From Candidatus Staskawiczbacteria bacterium (GTDB lineage Bacteria; Patescibacteriota; Minisyncoccia; Minisyncoccales; Staskawiczbacteraceae), in NCBI GenBank assembly GCA_026395175.1, contig JAPLZF010000009.1, forward strand, positions 2,290 to 66,289: 64,000 nucleotides of DNA, read 5' to 3'. Of the stretch, positions 54,265 to 63,570 are shown piece after piece. The position numbers were made by a program, and so were the translations under genes. Numbering within the stretch: position 1 is the stretch's first letter; each line of letters begins with the position of its first letter. The notes beneath the pieces were generated by a model that had not been told where the DNA came from, did no database searches, and worked only from the letters and a program-made list of their open reading frames with translations.

Positions 54265-56694
54265 ATGAAAATCAATAACAAAAACAGCATATTGCGCTAT
54301 GCTTATTTTTCCGGATTTGTTTTAATTCTTCTTCTGCCTCTTCTGGACCTTCCGCCGTGGTTTTTTCCAGTTGATTGGGGAAAAACCATAATATTCAGAA
54401 TTGTATTGTCCGCAATTATTTTCTTATTCATATACCAGCTTTTTTACAAAAAAAGCGAACTGGAACTGCCGGGCATTAAAAAAAATAAAATAATCTGGGC
54501 GTTATCGATATTTTTGTTTTTTTTACTGCTTGCCACGCTATTTTCCCAGGACATTACTTTCAGCTTATGGGGTTCGCCTTACCGTTCGGGCGGAGCAGTC
54601 AATCTTGTTTTTTATATTGCATTCGGATTCCTGTCTTTTCTGCTTTTCAAAAAACCGGGAGAATGGAAAAAATTCTGGGATATTTCCATTATTGCAGGAG
54701 TTTTAGTCTGCATTATTGCAATAATCCAGCTTTACGGCTTGCTGAACAATGTGTTTACGTCAGTAGCTGGGCGTCCGGCATCCACCATGGGAAACCCGAT
54801 AATTCTGGGCATTTATCTGATTCTCCTGCTTTTTATAACATCGGCTTCTGCCATCAGAGAAAAAACGCGGAATAAAAAAATATTCTATGTTTTTGCTTTA
54901 TTGTTATTTTTATACACAATTTTGATGACCGGCTCCAGAGCCGCCTATCTGGCTGTTTTAATCGGCGCGCTTTATTTCATTTTGTTTTATCCTGCGACAA
55001 AAAATAAAAAATTATTGTTTTTAAAAATCGCGCTTTTAATTTCCATAATCGTCGGAACCGGCATTGTTTATTACGTTAACACATTAAAACAGCCTCCTGA
55101 TTTTGTGCAAAATAACAGGCTTTTAATTTCGGTTTATTACAGGCTGTCAATTAAAGAAGCTTTGAACGACCCAAGATTTTCCGCATGGCAAGTGGTCATA
55201 AGAGAAATAAAGGAGAAGCCTGTTTTGGGCTGGGGACCGGAAAACCTTGCCATTGGCTTTGACAAACATTATGACCCTTCCCTGCCTTACATATCAAAAG
55301 AATGGGGTGGCTGGTGGGACAGAGCCCACAATATTATTTTAGACACCGCAGCTTCAACCGGAATTCCTTCGGCAATAGCCTATTTGGCTTTGCTTATAAC
55401 TTTATTCTGGCAGCTGCAAAAATTAAAAAACAGCCAGCAGCTAATTATCCACGGACTGCAATCAACCTTAATTGCTTATTTTGTTGCTAATTTTTTCGGT
55501 TTTGACACTTTTTCAACTTATATTTTATTTTTTCTGATAATCGGCTATTCTCTGCATTTGACAACACAAAATAATTCTGTAAACGAAACGCAAAAACGCG
55601 CAGAACAGAAAAAAATATGGTGGAAATCCGCGCTCATGTTCGCGCTATTATTCCTGCTGGTTATATTTTTGTGGCAGGACAATATTAAGCCGTTTCAAAT
55701 CAACAGCAAAATAAATGTTGCCGGCGATTTAGTTGCCGTCGGCAACTGCGACTTTGCTTTCCAAATAATGGACAGCTCTTTAAAAGACCATAGTTTTTTA
55801 GACGCATACTCCAGAATGGAATATATTGATTTTACAAAATCCTGCCTTGCTGTCCATCCTGAAAAAAATTTGGAGTATGCTAAAAGAGGAGTTGAAATTA
55901 TGAAAGAAGTGACAAAAATCAGGCCTCTTTACAGCCGTGTCTGGATATACTTAGGCGGATTTGATACTGCTATTGCGGCTCTTGAAAAAGATGAAAACGC
56001 AAAAAAATCGCTTTTAGAAGACGCAGATTCTTATTTTGTAGAAGCTTATAAATTAGCTCCGGAGCACCAGGAAATATTGATTGAACAAGGAAAAGAATAT
56101 CTTGTTTCAGAAAACTATCAGGCAATGGAACAAAACGGCGAAAAGTGCGTTGCTTTAGACCAAAGCCTGAACGACTGCTATTGGATAAGGGGCATTGCCG
56201 AAATATATTTGAAAAAATTTGACAAGTCGCAGGAAGATGTAACCACGGCCATAGACAAAACAGCAGGCTTTTCCAATGTGGCTCCGTCTTTTCTGCAGAT
56301 GGTTATAAACGGCTATATTAATATAAAAAACTATGAAGGAATGGCAAAAACATTACATCAATTCATTATGGTAAAACCGCGCAACATAGAATTCCATTCG
56401 TACCTGGCGATGCTATACGGCCAGCTCAACAGGCCCCGCGAGGCAACCATAGAAGCGATAAAAGTTCTTTATATTTCCCCAGAGTCAAAAGACAACGTCA
56501 ATAATTTTTTAAGCCAATTGGGATATACACTTGAAATGCCAACAGATTCCAATTACCATCTTGCTTTGGCAAAAAAGTATTATAATGAGGTGAGCGGATA
56601 TGAAAAATATATAGGAGAAGCTCTGATTGCCTTTTACATCTCGCCTTCAAATAATGACGCGAAAAAATTCTTAAACGATTCTTACCAATACTAA
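54265..56694 (+). CDS. O-antigen ligase/polymerase-family (Wzy_C) membrane protein with a C-terminal TPR-like domain
   Basis: The Wzy_C-type motifs are MTGSRAAYLAVLIG, PVLGWGPENLAIGF and WWDRAHNIILDTAASTGIPS. From about aa 470 (~55675 onward) the protein is soluble and helical-repeat-rich. Confidence 0.75.
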   Translation: MKINNKNSILRYAYFSGFVLILLLPLLDLPPWFFPVDWGKTIIFRIVLSAIIFLFIYQLFYKKSELELPGIKKNKIIWALSIFLFFLLLATLFSQDITFSLWGSPYRSGGAVNLVFYIAFGFLSFLLFKKPGEWKKFWDISIIAGVLVCIIAIIQLYGLLNNVFTSVAGRPASTMGNPIILGIYLILLLFITSASAIREKTRNKKIFYVFALLLFLYTILMTGSRAAYLAVLIGALYFILFYPATKNKKLLFLKIALLISIIVGTGIVYYVNTLKQPPDFVQNNRLLISVYYRLSIKEALNDPRFSAWQVVIREIKEKPVLGWGPENLAIGFDKHYDPSLPYISKEWGGWWDRAHNIILDTAASTGIPSAIAYLALLITLFWQLQKLKNSQQLIIHGLQSTLIAYFVANFFGFDTFSTYILFFLIIGYSLHLTTQNNSVNETQKRAEQKKIWWKSALMFALLFLLVIFLWQDNIKPFQINSKINVAGDLVAVGNCDFAFQIMDSSLKDHSFLDAYSRMEYIDFTKSCLAVHPEKNLEYAKRGVEIMKEVTKIRPLYSRVWIYLGGFDTAIAALEKDENAKKSLLEDADSYFVEAYKLAPEHQEILIEQGKEYLVSENYQAMEQNGEKCVALDQSLNDCYWIRGIAEIYLKKFDKSQEDVTTAIDKTAGFSNVAPSFLQMVINGYINIKNYEGMAKTLHQFIMVKPRNIEFHSYLAMLYGQLNRPREATIEAIKVLYISPESKDNVNNFLSQLGYTLEMPTDSNYHLALAKKYYNEVSGYEKYIGEALIAFYISPSNNDAKKFLNDSYQY

Positions 56695-56695
56695 A

Positions 56696-57706
56696 ATGAA
56701 AAAAAAATTAAAAATCGCGCTCGCCATCGGCTTTTTGGCTCTGCTAATTGTTTCATTTGTTATCGGATGGATTGTCAGAGACATGTATTTTGGCAAAGGA
56801 CCCACCCGGACAGCGCCTCTGCGTCTTACCGGATTTGAATACATAAAACCGCTTTTAATATGCGACACCAACCCTGAAAAAAAATATCCGGAATTAAAGC
56901 CGCTGGAAACAGAACTCACTGATTTCATAGATAAGCAGAAAGCAGCAGGCAAAATAGACACTGCTTCCATTTTTTTTCAGGATTTGAAAACCGACGGCAA
57001 GATAGACATAAACAAAGACGAAAAATTCGAACCAGCATCCTTGACCAAAATTTCTGTTATGATTATGATTTATAAAATGGCTGAAATCAATCCTGCAATT
57101 CTTTCAGAAGAAATCAAATATTCAGGAGGAGAAGACCTCAATTCCAGCCAGGAGATAAAACCCAAAGATTATGCTAAAATTGGCGGAGTGTACACCGTGA
57201 ATGAATTGATTGAAAAAATGATCAAGTATTCAGACAACATCTCTGCCCATCTGCTTATCAATTTAATAAATGACACTACCGCCCAATCATTATTCAGCGA
57301 CCTGCAAATACCTTTTCCCGAGGATTCCCAAAAATCAAACACAATGACCACGAAAGATATTTCTTATTTATTCAGAATTTTATATAACGCAACTTATCTG
57401 CCGAAAGAATCATCGGAAAAATCGCTCCAGCTTTTAAGCGAAATAGATTATAAAAACGGATTATCGGCCGGCGTTCCTAAAAATGTTGTTGTTTCCCATA
57501 AATTCGGCTTATTCAGCGTCAAAGACGGAAGCACAAATAATATCATTCAAAGACAGCTCCACGATTGCGGAATAGTTTATCACATTAACGACCCGTATCT
57601 TTTATGCGTTATGACAAAAAGCTCTTCTGACATTCCTGCCATTGAAAACTTCATAAAAAATGTTTCTAAAATGGCTTATCAGCAAGTAGATAATTATTCT
57701 AAATAA
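56696..57706 (+). CDS. class-A beta-lactamase-like serine hydrolase with an N-terminal membrane anchor
   Basis: The SxxK motif is in PASLTKI and the SDN motif is in KYSDNISA. HKFG is a KTG-like element. An N-terminal TM helix (ALAIGFLALLIVSFVIGWIV) is present. Confidence 0.65.
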   Translation: MKKKLKIALAIGFLALLIVSFVIGWIVRDMYFGKGPTRTAPLRLTGFEYIKPLLICDTNPEKKYPELKPLETELTDFIDKQKAAGKIDTASIFFQDLKTDGKIDINKDEKFEPASLTKISVMIMIYKMAEINPAILSEEIKYSGGEDLNSSQEIKPKDYAKIGGVYTVNELIEKMIKYSDNISAHLLINLINDTTAQSLFSDLQIPFPEDSQKSNTMTTKDISYLFRILYNATYLPKESSEKSLQLLSEIDYKNGLSAGVPKNVVVSHKFGLFSVKDGSTNNIIQRQLHDCGIVYHINDPYLLCVMTKSSSDIPAIENFIKNVSKMAYQQVDNYSK

Positions 57707-57727
57707 TCAGCATAGTCAGCGCAAACT

Positions 57728-57752
57728 AAAAACCGCCCATTGGGCGGTTTTT
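57728..57752. terminator. bidirectional intrinsic terminator between convergent genes
   Basis: The sequence AAAAA-CCGCCCA-T-TGGGCGG-TTTTT is a GC-rich palindrome flanked by an A5 and a T5 tract. It lies between the stops at 57706 (+) and 57794 (-). Confidence 0.75.
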
Positions 57753-57793
57753 AGTTCTATCTCTCTAACTTTGTCACAAGCAAAGCGAGGATA

Positions 57794-60700
57794 TTAGTTA
57801 GCGTAGATGACTGATGTTCCGAGAGGAGAGCCTGGCAATAGGTAACCATTTAAGTAGTCGCCTGTGCCTGCGGTCACAGAATCGCTGTGGCTGGCAGATC
57901 CTTCGTCAGACCAGATTACGCTGTAAACTGTGCCTGAACCGGAACCTCCTGTTGCAGTATGCAACGAATAGAGGTAAGTGCCGCTCATTTGATCCATAAA
58001 CCTCTTGGATGAAGCGATAGCATAATTCAAGCTGGCTGTTGTATCGTTTGCTAACTGGGTAACAACAGAGTCTTTGGCTCCGCTTGACTGCGAGAACCCT
58101 GAAAGAGTGGCGTGCAAGCTGTATGTATGGCTTGAGCCCTGTCCAATTTCCTTTTCAGTTAAGAACTGAACGTAAACTGGCAAAGTTACTGTTCCAGTAG
58201 CTGTTGCAGTTACAGAAGTTGCTGTGCTGACGATGGAATAACCCAGTCCGTCAGAAATTGCAACTCCGGTTGAACCTGTGTTGTCAGCTGCCATTGTCAA
58301 AGGAACTCCGTCCTCGTACAACTTGAAGGTGTTCAATGCCGGTGTGCCTGCGTTCTTTGTAACTGATATATTGAACTTCAATTGCTTCAATGTTATAGGA
58401 CCTTGGTTTCCGGCTGCGACAGTAAAGTTATAAATTTCCTGGTCGCCGCTGGAGTTAGTTCCGGCAATAGCATGCTGTGTCAATGTTGGCTGTGACTTCA
58501 CAACAGCAATGGCATTTCCTAATCCGGCTGTGCCGTTAGTTGTTGCAATAGTTATGCCAGTAGCAGAAGTCAAGTTGCCGTATTTTGTTCCACCGCCTTT
58601 AACTGCGCCTGTGCTGTTCAACGCCTCAACATAAGTTAATGTAGGCGTGACAGTTTGAAGGTCTGTGCAGTTTGCGGCAGTGCTTACAATGACTGGATTT
58701 CCCAAGTTGTAGTATAGGTCAATATACTTTGTTGAACCTGCTGCAATAGGAATGCCTCCATTTGGAAGAACGAAGTATGCCGTATCATTTGTAGGTGTAG
58801 TGGTTCCGCTTGGGAAAGCAAAGGCTTGAGTTGCCAATACAGTGCTTCCATCTCTTAACTCAGCTGAGTTAATAATGCCTGATTCTCCAACGTTTGAAGA
58901 TATACTAGGCACGGAAAACTGCAATGCAGTCAATGTGTAAGAATCGTTTTGAGCTGTGAATTTATACCTTCCTGCTAATATTGGCGCGCCTCCAGGAACT
59001 ATTTCAATGCTTGAAGGAACGTTAGCAAAGGTAGGTGTAAATGTGCCACTTGTCCATGTGATTGTCTGACCTGTTGTAGAGACGTTTATTGTTCCGCCAG
59101 TAACAGTCTGCGAAGAATTTGCAGTAATGCCAGAAACATAAAGTCCTGTGGTGGCTACTGCCGAAGTAGAACCAGCTGCAGTTCCTACGTTTCCATAAAT
59201 TGACATATCCCATGTCTGTCCTGGTAATATCTGGTAATTAACTGCCCATGTTGGCGTTAAAGTAGAAACAGTTGCTTTTACCGGTGTGATAAGAGTAGAT
59301 CCGTCTGGCTTGGTTGCTTTAACATAAAGATTGGTTGTGTCGCCAGAAACATAGTTTAAGGTAACTTCAATATCATTTATGTTGACTGCTTCTGTTGTGT
59401 TGGCTGTTAATGTGAAATCACCTAATTTGTAATTTGACACAGGAAGAACAGCTGATTGGCTTGTGTAAGCAGTGTATTTTGACAATGTCAAAGCTCCTTG
59501 ACCGATTGTCAATGTGTTTCCATTTACATTAGCTGAAGGTGTGGAAACAGCTGATTTTGAAACCTGCGCCTCTGCGTTTGAAGAGCCTTTTATTATAGTG
59601 GCGTATATGGCGTCTCCATTGGTTACAATATCGGGTGTAGTACCAGAGTATTCTTTAATGTCTGACCTGATTTCCAATATTACTGGAGAACCTGGGTTGA
59701 CTATTAATGAAGAACCTAAGGTAAATTCTTTACCTGTTGTGACATCGCCTTCTGTAACAGTTTGAGTTGTGCCGATTTGCACGCCATTGGCATACAAAGT
59801 GACATTTCTGAAGTTTGCTACACCGGCAGTTGTTGAATCAACGATTCCAACAAACAAGCTGGAAATTTTAACCGGCTCGCCGGCTGCGGAGACATCGTAT
59901 TTTGCCAAAGTAGCTCCTGGAGCGCCCAATACCACTGTGCCAGATGGAGAATCTGTTCTCTTGGCAAATGTGACTGTGCCGGAGTTAATTGAGCAAGCGG
60001 TTGTCGCGCAACTCTTTCTTTGCGTGAAAGCAATAGATGAATCAGTAACTGTTGGGACTGTTCCAACGCCGATTTGGCTGTCAACGAAGACAGCGTCAGC
60101 AGAAACTCTCACAGCATAAGCGAATGTCTTTGAAGAGCCGTTAACAATGTTTGCTAATACTTTGACAACTCTTGTTCCTGTCTGTAATGCAACAGGAGCA
60201 GATGACAGGTCAAATGTAATGTATCCATTAGCATCTGCCTGTGCTACAGCTGAACCGACATTTACGCCATCGATATTAAGTCGATAGTTTACTATGTCTG
60301 TTGCTGAAGCGCTTCCCAATTGATACAAAGCTAAACGGTTAAAAGTTACAGCTCTTGTATTTACGGTCAAACTGTTTTGCCAGATAACATAATCATTTTG
60401 AGGGTCAACGGCTCCTGAAACAGGAGTTGGCGCTGCGCCGGCAAAATTAACGTTTGCTAAAGTGGCACTGGCAATCATATCTACATTGCCTGCAAGTGGG
60501 AATGTTCCTCTTACAGAACTTGCATTTGTTGTAACGTCAGTAGAAGCTTTAATAGCCACGCCAACTGTTTGGCCAGCTGAACCTAAAGCTATATCAGATA
60601 CTACTTTTATTGTAATGGAACCTCCAGCTGGAACTGTAAACAATCCAGTTGGGTCGTTGAAAGTTATTAATCCTGAAGAAACGCTGGCAGCGTCTGTCAA

Positions 60701-61453
60701 TCTATGCGCGCCATTATACAAATAGACGCTTTCAAGAGTGGCATCTGCTGCAACTCCTGTCCTTGTTACTTTCAAGTTAGTTACTTTCACCGGAGCATTA
60801 TCTCCGTTTACGAAAGTATAGTGGGCTAAGTCAGCTGCTGCTTGAGATGGAGTAGCTGAAATGCTGGTAGAACCAGAAACCAATACTCCCGGGGCTGGGT
60901 TGTCGGATGCTAATTGCACCGCCAATCCTGCGCCTGTTGGGATAATTACTCCGCCGGTGTTTCCGCCGGTTGTTCCAAGAGCTGCGTTTAATGCTGCTCT
61001 TGTCATAGGACCAACCTGATTTGCAGGTGTCATCCCGTTGGCTGCCTGGTATTTTTTAACAGCTGCTAAGGTCGCTGGACCAAAGTAAGTTGTTTCATGG
61101 CCAGGTGAGCCTGCGCCTGTCAATGCAACTTGAGTTGCAGCTGATGTGTTTAAGAGCGATTGTAAACATTTTACATCTGCTCCTATTGAACCAGTTGTCA
61201 AATTGCGGGTAAATGAAACCCCTGAGCATGTGCCAGTTCCTGCGTTTGCCGGTGGTGTTACTGGTGCTGTACCATTTAATGAAGCTGTAACATTAGCAAC
61301 AGTTGTAGCATCTGCTCCAAATGATTGAAGCAAGCTGATTATTGCTGATATTTGCGCGCTTGTTAAAGCAGCGGCTGAAGCTCCGGCAGGTACTAGCATA
61401 ACAACCAATGACAATCCAAGAACTATCGATAAGATTTTAGTTTTTATACTCAT
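57794..61453 (-). CDS. giant secreted surface protein (1219 aa) with an N-terminal PG_binding_1-like domain
   Basis: The signal peptide is MSIKTKILSIVLGLSLVVMLVPAGASA. The PG-binding-like segment is VKCLQSLLNTSAATQVALTGAGSPGHETTYFGPATLAAVKKYQAANGMTPANQVGPMTRAALNAAL. The remaining ~1000 aa are extremely rich in Thr, Ser, Ala, Gly and Val, poor in charged residues and predicted to be beta-rich. Confidence 0.85.
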   Translation of the reverse strand: MSIKTKILSIVLGLSLVVMLVPAGASAAALTSAQISAIISLLQSFGADATTVANVTASLNGTAPVTPPANAGTGTCSGVSFTRNLTTGSIGADVKCLQSLLNTSAATQVALTGAGSPGHETTYFGPATLAAVKKYQAANGMTPANQVGPMTRAALNAALGTTGGNTGGVIIPTGAGLAVQLASDNPAPGVLVSGSTSISATPSQAAADLAHYTFVNGDNAPVKVTNLKVTRTGVAADATLESVYLYNGAHRLTDAASVSSGLITFNDPTGLFTVPAGGSITIKVVSDIALGSAGQTVGVAIKASTDVTTNASSVRGTFPLAGNVDMIASATLANVNFAGAAPTPVSGAVDPQNDYVIWQNSLTVNTRAVTFNRLALYQLGSASATDIVNYRLNIDGVNVGSAVAQADANGYITFDLSSAPVALQTGTRVVKVLANIVNGSSKTFAYAVRVSADAVFVDSQIGVGTVPTVTDSSIAFTQRKSCATTACSINSGTVTFAKRTDSPSGTVVLGAPGATLAKYDVSAAGEPVKISSLFVGIVDSTTAGVANFRNVTLYANGVQIGTTQTVTEGDVTTGKEFTLGSSLIVNPGSPVILEIRSDIKEYSGTTPDIVTNGDAIYATIIKGSSNAEAQVSKSAVSTPSANVNGNTLTIGQGALTLSKYTAYTSQSAVLPVSNYKLGDFTLTANTTEAVNINDIEVTLNYVSGDTTNLYVKATKPDGSTLITPVKATVSTLTPTWAVNYQILPGQTWDMSIYGNVGTAAGSTSAVATTGLYVSGITANSSQTVTGGTINVSTTGQTITWTSGTFTPTFANVPSSIEIVPGGAPILAGRYKFTAQNDSYTLTALQFSVPSISSNVGESGIINSAELRDGSTVLATQAFAFPSGTTTPTNDTAYFVLPNGGIPIAAGSTKYIDLYYNLGNPVIVSTAANCTDLQTVTPTLTYVEALNSTGAVKGGGTKYGNLTSATGITIATTNGTAGLGNAIAVVKSQPTLTQHAIAGTNSSGDQEIYNFTVAAGNQGPITLKQLKFNISVTKNAGTPALNTFKLYEDGVPLTMAADNTGSTGVAISDGLGYSIVSTATSVTATATGTVTLPVYVQFLTEKEIGQGSSHTYSLHATLSGFSQSSGAKDSVVTQLANDTTASLNYAIASSKRFMDQMSGTYLYSLHTATGGSGSGTVYSVIWSDEGSASHSDSVTAGTGDYLNGYLLPGSPLGTSVIYAN

Positions 61454-61567
61454 TTTTGTGTTTATTTTTTTGTTAATTTTTATTTTTTTATTTCTCGCCT
61501 GTCGACCTTATCGCTCGCGATTTTACGTACTAATCACGAACAATGGCTCGTCAAATGTTAAAGTAAA

Positions 61568-62290
61568 CTACTTGCTTATAAGCAAGATTTTTTCCAGCGC
61601 GTCGGTATATTTCCCCTGATTATACAAATCTTCAATATCTATTAATGTCTTCTTTTGGCTGTCTGTCAAAGTTGTTTTCTGCAAGTCGGCAATTTGGCTC
61701 TGCGCTACTATTTGGTACAAATCTTTCACGTCTGAATTTTCGCTCAAATCCGTTCCCGGCACATCAGCTAATGTTTTCAGGCTGTTTGCAATTTCTTTAA
61801 GCGTCTGCGGGTCTTTGACCGGATTCTTTTTCAAACTTTTTGCCAGTTGGGACATATTAGCATTAATCTCGCTTATTGCCGAAGGAATATTGTCTGTCCT
61901 ACCTTCCTTGGCAACTTTAGCCAAGTCATTTATCCTGCTGCTTAAAATTGCAACATCCTGATTTAATTTTGTCTGTCCTGCCAAAGATGCCTGCGATTGC
62001 TCGGCTATTTTCTTTACTGGAAATAACAAATCTCCCGGCATTGCATATTTAACAAAACCAAAAACCCCGGCAATCAATAAAAGAGCAGCTGCAAAAGAAT
62101 AAGCAAATTTTCTCTGAAAAAACAATGATTGTATGACGTTCATAATCCCAACCTGATTTGCCGGAATTGCAATTGCTTTCTGTTCGGTCAAAATCTGCGA
62201 TTTAAGTAAAACAGCCCATTCTTTTCTGGGCTTGATTTCTTTCAGCTGTTTTAGTGAATTTATAAGTTGTTTTTCTGTTGTTTTAGTCAT
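61568..62290 (-). CDS. single-pass membrane protein, anti-sigma-factor-like (DUF5667-like helical ectodomain)
   Basis: It lies directly downstream of the ECF sigma gene. One TM helix (FAYSFAAALLLIAGVFGFV) is followed by a helical C-terminal domain. An AAGGAG SD lies 4-5 nt upstream of the ATG. Confidence 0.55.
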   Translation of the reverse strand: MTKTTEKQLINSLKQLKEIKPRKEWAVLLKSQILTEQKAIAIPANQVGIMNVIQSLFFQRKFAYSFAAALLLIAGVFGFVKYAMPGDLLFPVKKIAEQSQASLAGQTKLNQDVAILSSRINDLAKVAKEGRTDNIPSAISEINANMSQLAKSLKKNPVKDPQTLKEIANSLKTLADVPGTDLSENSDVKDLYQIVAQSQIADLQKTTLTDSQKKTLIDIEDLYNQGKYTDALEKILLISK

Positions 62291-62339
62291 TGTACTCCTT
62301 GTATAAGTATGACGTTTGGCAGAGCTGTTTTGTTACAAA

Positions 62340-62846
62340 TTATGATTCCTTTATAAATCCTTTCAAATCTTTTAATCCTCTGTGCAACATTACCCTTACT
62401 GTGCCTGCCGGTTTGCCCAATAATTGGGCTATATTGTCTATTGGCATATCTTCCAAATAATGCCAAATAATTATGTCTTGATGCTCGGGTTTAAGCTTTT
62501 TGATGGCCTTTTTCACAACCTCAATGTCGGCGCTTAAAATTGCCTTATTATGGGCGTTTGTCCCAGGGTCGGCTATCTGTGGGCTGGCATCAACTGATAT
62601 TGTCCTATCCCTACCTTTCTCTCTATAATGGTCTACAACCGCATTCCTGGCTATTTGGTATAAAAAGGCGCTTTGGTTTTTAATATCAGAACCTTGTTTT
62701 TGATAGGACTCCCAACCTTTTATAAATACCTTAGATGTGATATCTTCTGCTACCTCTTGGGAATTCACCTTCAAATAAACAAACCTGTATATTTTATCAA
62801 TATATTGGTCGTAAATCTTACCAAATTGTTCGTTTAAACTATCCAT
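62340..62846 (-). CDS. ECF-type sigma-70 family RNA polymerase sigma factor
   Basis: The region 2 sequence is IYRFVYLKV..FLYQIARNAVVDHYRE. The region 4 HTH is IAQLLGKPAGTVRVMLHRGLKDLK. The protein is 168 aa. Confidence 0.85.
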   Translation of the reverse strand: MDSLNEQFGKIYDQYIDKIYRFVYLKVNSQEVAEDITSKVFIKGWESYQKQGSDIKNQSAFLYQIARNAVVDHYREKGRDRTISVDASPQIADPGTNAHNKAILSADIEVVKKAIKKLKPEHQDIIIWHYLEDMPIDNIAQLLGKPAGTVRVMLHRGLKDLKGFIKES

Positions 62847-62859
62847 CTAATAAGGTTTA

Positions 62860-62888
62860 ATATTACACTGAAAATGATAAAAAGTCAA
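62860..62888 (-). promoter_or_regulatory. sigma70-like promoter candidate for the sigma / anti-sigma / surface-protein unit
   Basis: On the minus strand the -35 is TTGACT (62888..62883), followed by a 17-nt spacer and the -10 TAATAT (62865..62860). The -10 ends 13 nt before the ATG at 62846. Confidence 0.45.
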
Positions 62889-62904
62889 CGATTTTAAAGC
62901 AAAA

Positions 62905-62942
62905 TGTCCTATCTATTATATTTGTCCTAACGTGTCCTATCT
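62905..62942. promoter_or_regulatory. three direct copies of TGTCCTA (two extended to TGTCCTATCT) just upstream of the sigma promoter
   Basis: The copies are at 62905..62914 (TGTCCTATCT), 62923..62929 (TGTCCTA) and 62933..62942 (TGTCCTATCT). The third copy overlaps the stop codon of the HTH gene. Start-to-start spacings are 18 nt and 10 nt. Confidence 0.35.
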
Positions 62943-63536
62943 CTTTACCCTGTAAACTACCTGATTAAAATCCCCTAATCTTACTATTTTGCCTGACTCG
63001 AGCAACTCGTCCAAATCCCTTCTTATTGTTCTTTTTGTAATGTCGGGCAATATTGTCTGCAAATCCATAACCTGCGCCTTATCGTTATTTTCTAAAAATT
63101 CAAGAATTTTTCTTTGCCTGTCTGACATAGAAAAATCAGGAGTTTTTGGCTCCATATCATTTAATACGGATTTAAATGATATTTGCGCGCTTTCTTGAAA
63201 AACAGGCAATTTTTTTGTTAATTCAAGAATCGGCTCAATTTCTTTTTTTATTTTTTCGTATTCATTAGAAATTATAAGGCAGTTTGATGAATTCAGCCAG
63301 CCCTGAGTTTTGCCAATCCAAATATAACCCAAAAAAATATCAATGTCTTCCAAAAGCTGAGTTTTTATTTTCTCTTTCTGAAAAGACGCCCAACCACTGG
63401 TTTCATTGAGCAAAATCAAATGCTCCATTATTGCCAAAGCTTTGTCTTTTGCCCTGTTTTTCAATGGATCTGATTCTGGAAAAAATTCCAGCACTTTATA
63501 AACCGTGTTTGTTAATTTTAGAAACTTATTTTCCAT
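62937..63536 (-). CDS. DNA-binding protein with a C-terminal DeoR-type winged HTH and an N-terminal helical bundle
   Basis: The C-terminus reads RQRKILEFLENNDKAQVMDLQTILPDITKRTIRRDLDELLESGKIVRLG, which is DeoR-type HTH-like. The N-terminal 120 aa are all-helical with no motif I recognise. Confidence 0.55.
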   Translation of the reverse strand: MENKFLKLTNTVYKVLEFFPESDPLKNRAKDKALAIMEHLILLNETSGWASFQKEKIKTQLLEDIDIFLGYIWIGKTQGWLNSSNCLIISNEYEKIKKEIEPILELTKKLPVFQESAQISFKSVLNDMEPKTPDFSMSDRQRKILEFLENNDKAQVMDLQTILPDITKRTIRRDLDELLESGKIVRLGDFNQVVYRVKR

Positions 63537-63570
63537 AGCATTTAATCCCTAAATTTAACAAAAAATATAC

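Noticed and set aside
57794-61453. The elevated GC of the 1219-aa gene (and of 1205..3613) as a possible sign of horizontal transfer.
   Set aside because: The shift is explained by amino-acid composition, because Ala, Gly, Thr, Ser and Val codons dominate. These genes also share the lineage-specific N-terminal anchoring module and lack the abrupt single-gene boundary seen at 27.9-28.5 kb.
61454-61567. An ECF-type promoter (GAAC..N16-17..CGTC) or a riboswitch in the 114-nt leader of the giant surface-protein gene.
   Set aside because: GAAC and CGTC occur only on the wrong strand and just 7 nt apart. The best minus-strand match is a weak sigma70-like TTGACG-16-TAGTAC. I could see no conserved riboswitch-like structure, so I report the leader only as context.
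9287-62339. The idea that host genes lack Shine-Dalgarno sequences altogether, which would make the SD of the GC-rich gene unique.
   Set aside because: AAGGAG is present upstream of the methyltransferase start at 9286 and of the anti-sigma start at 62290. SD use therefore exists in host genes, and the SD of the Nudix-like gene supports only its start site, not its foreign origin.
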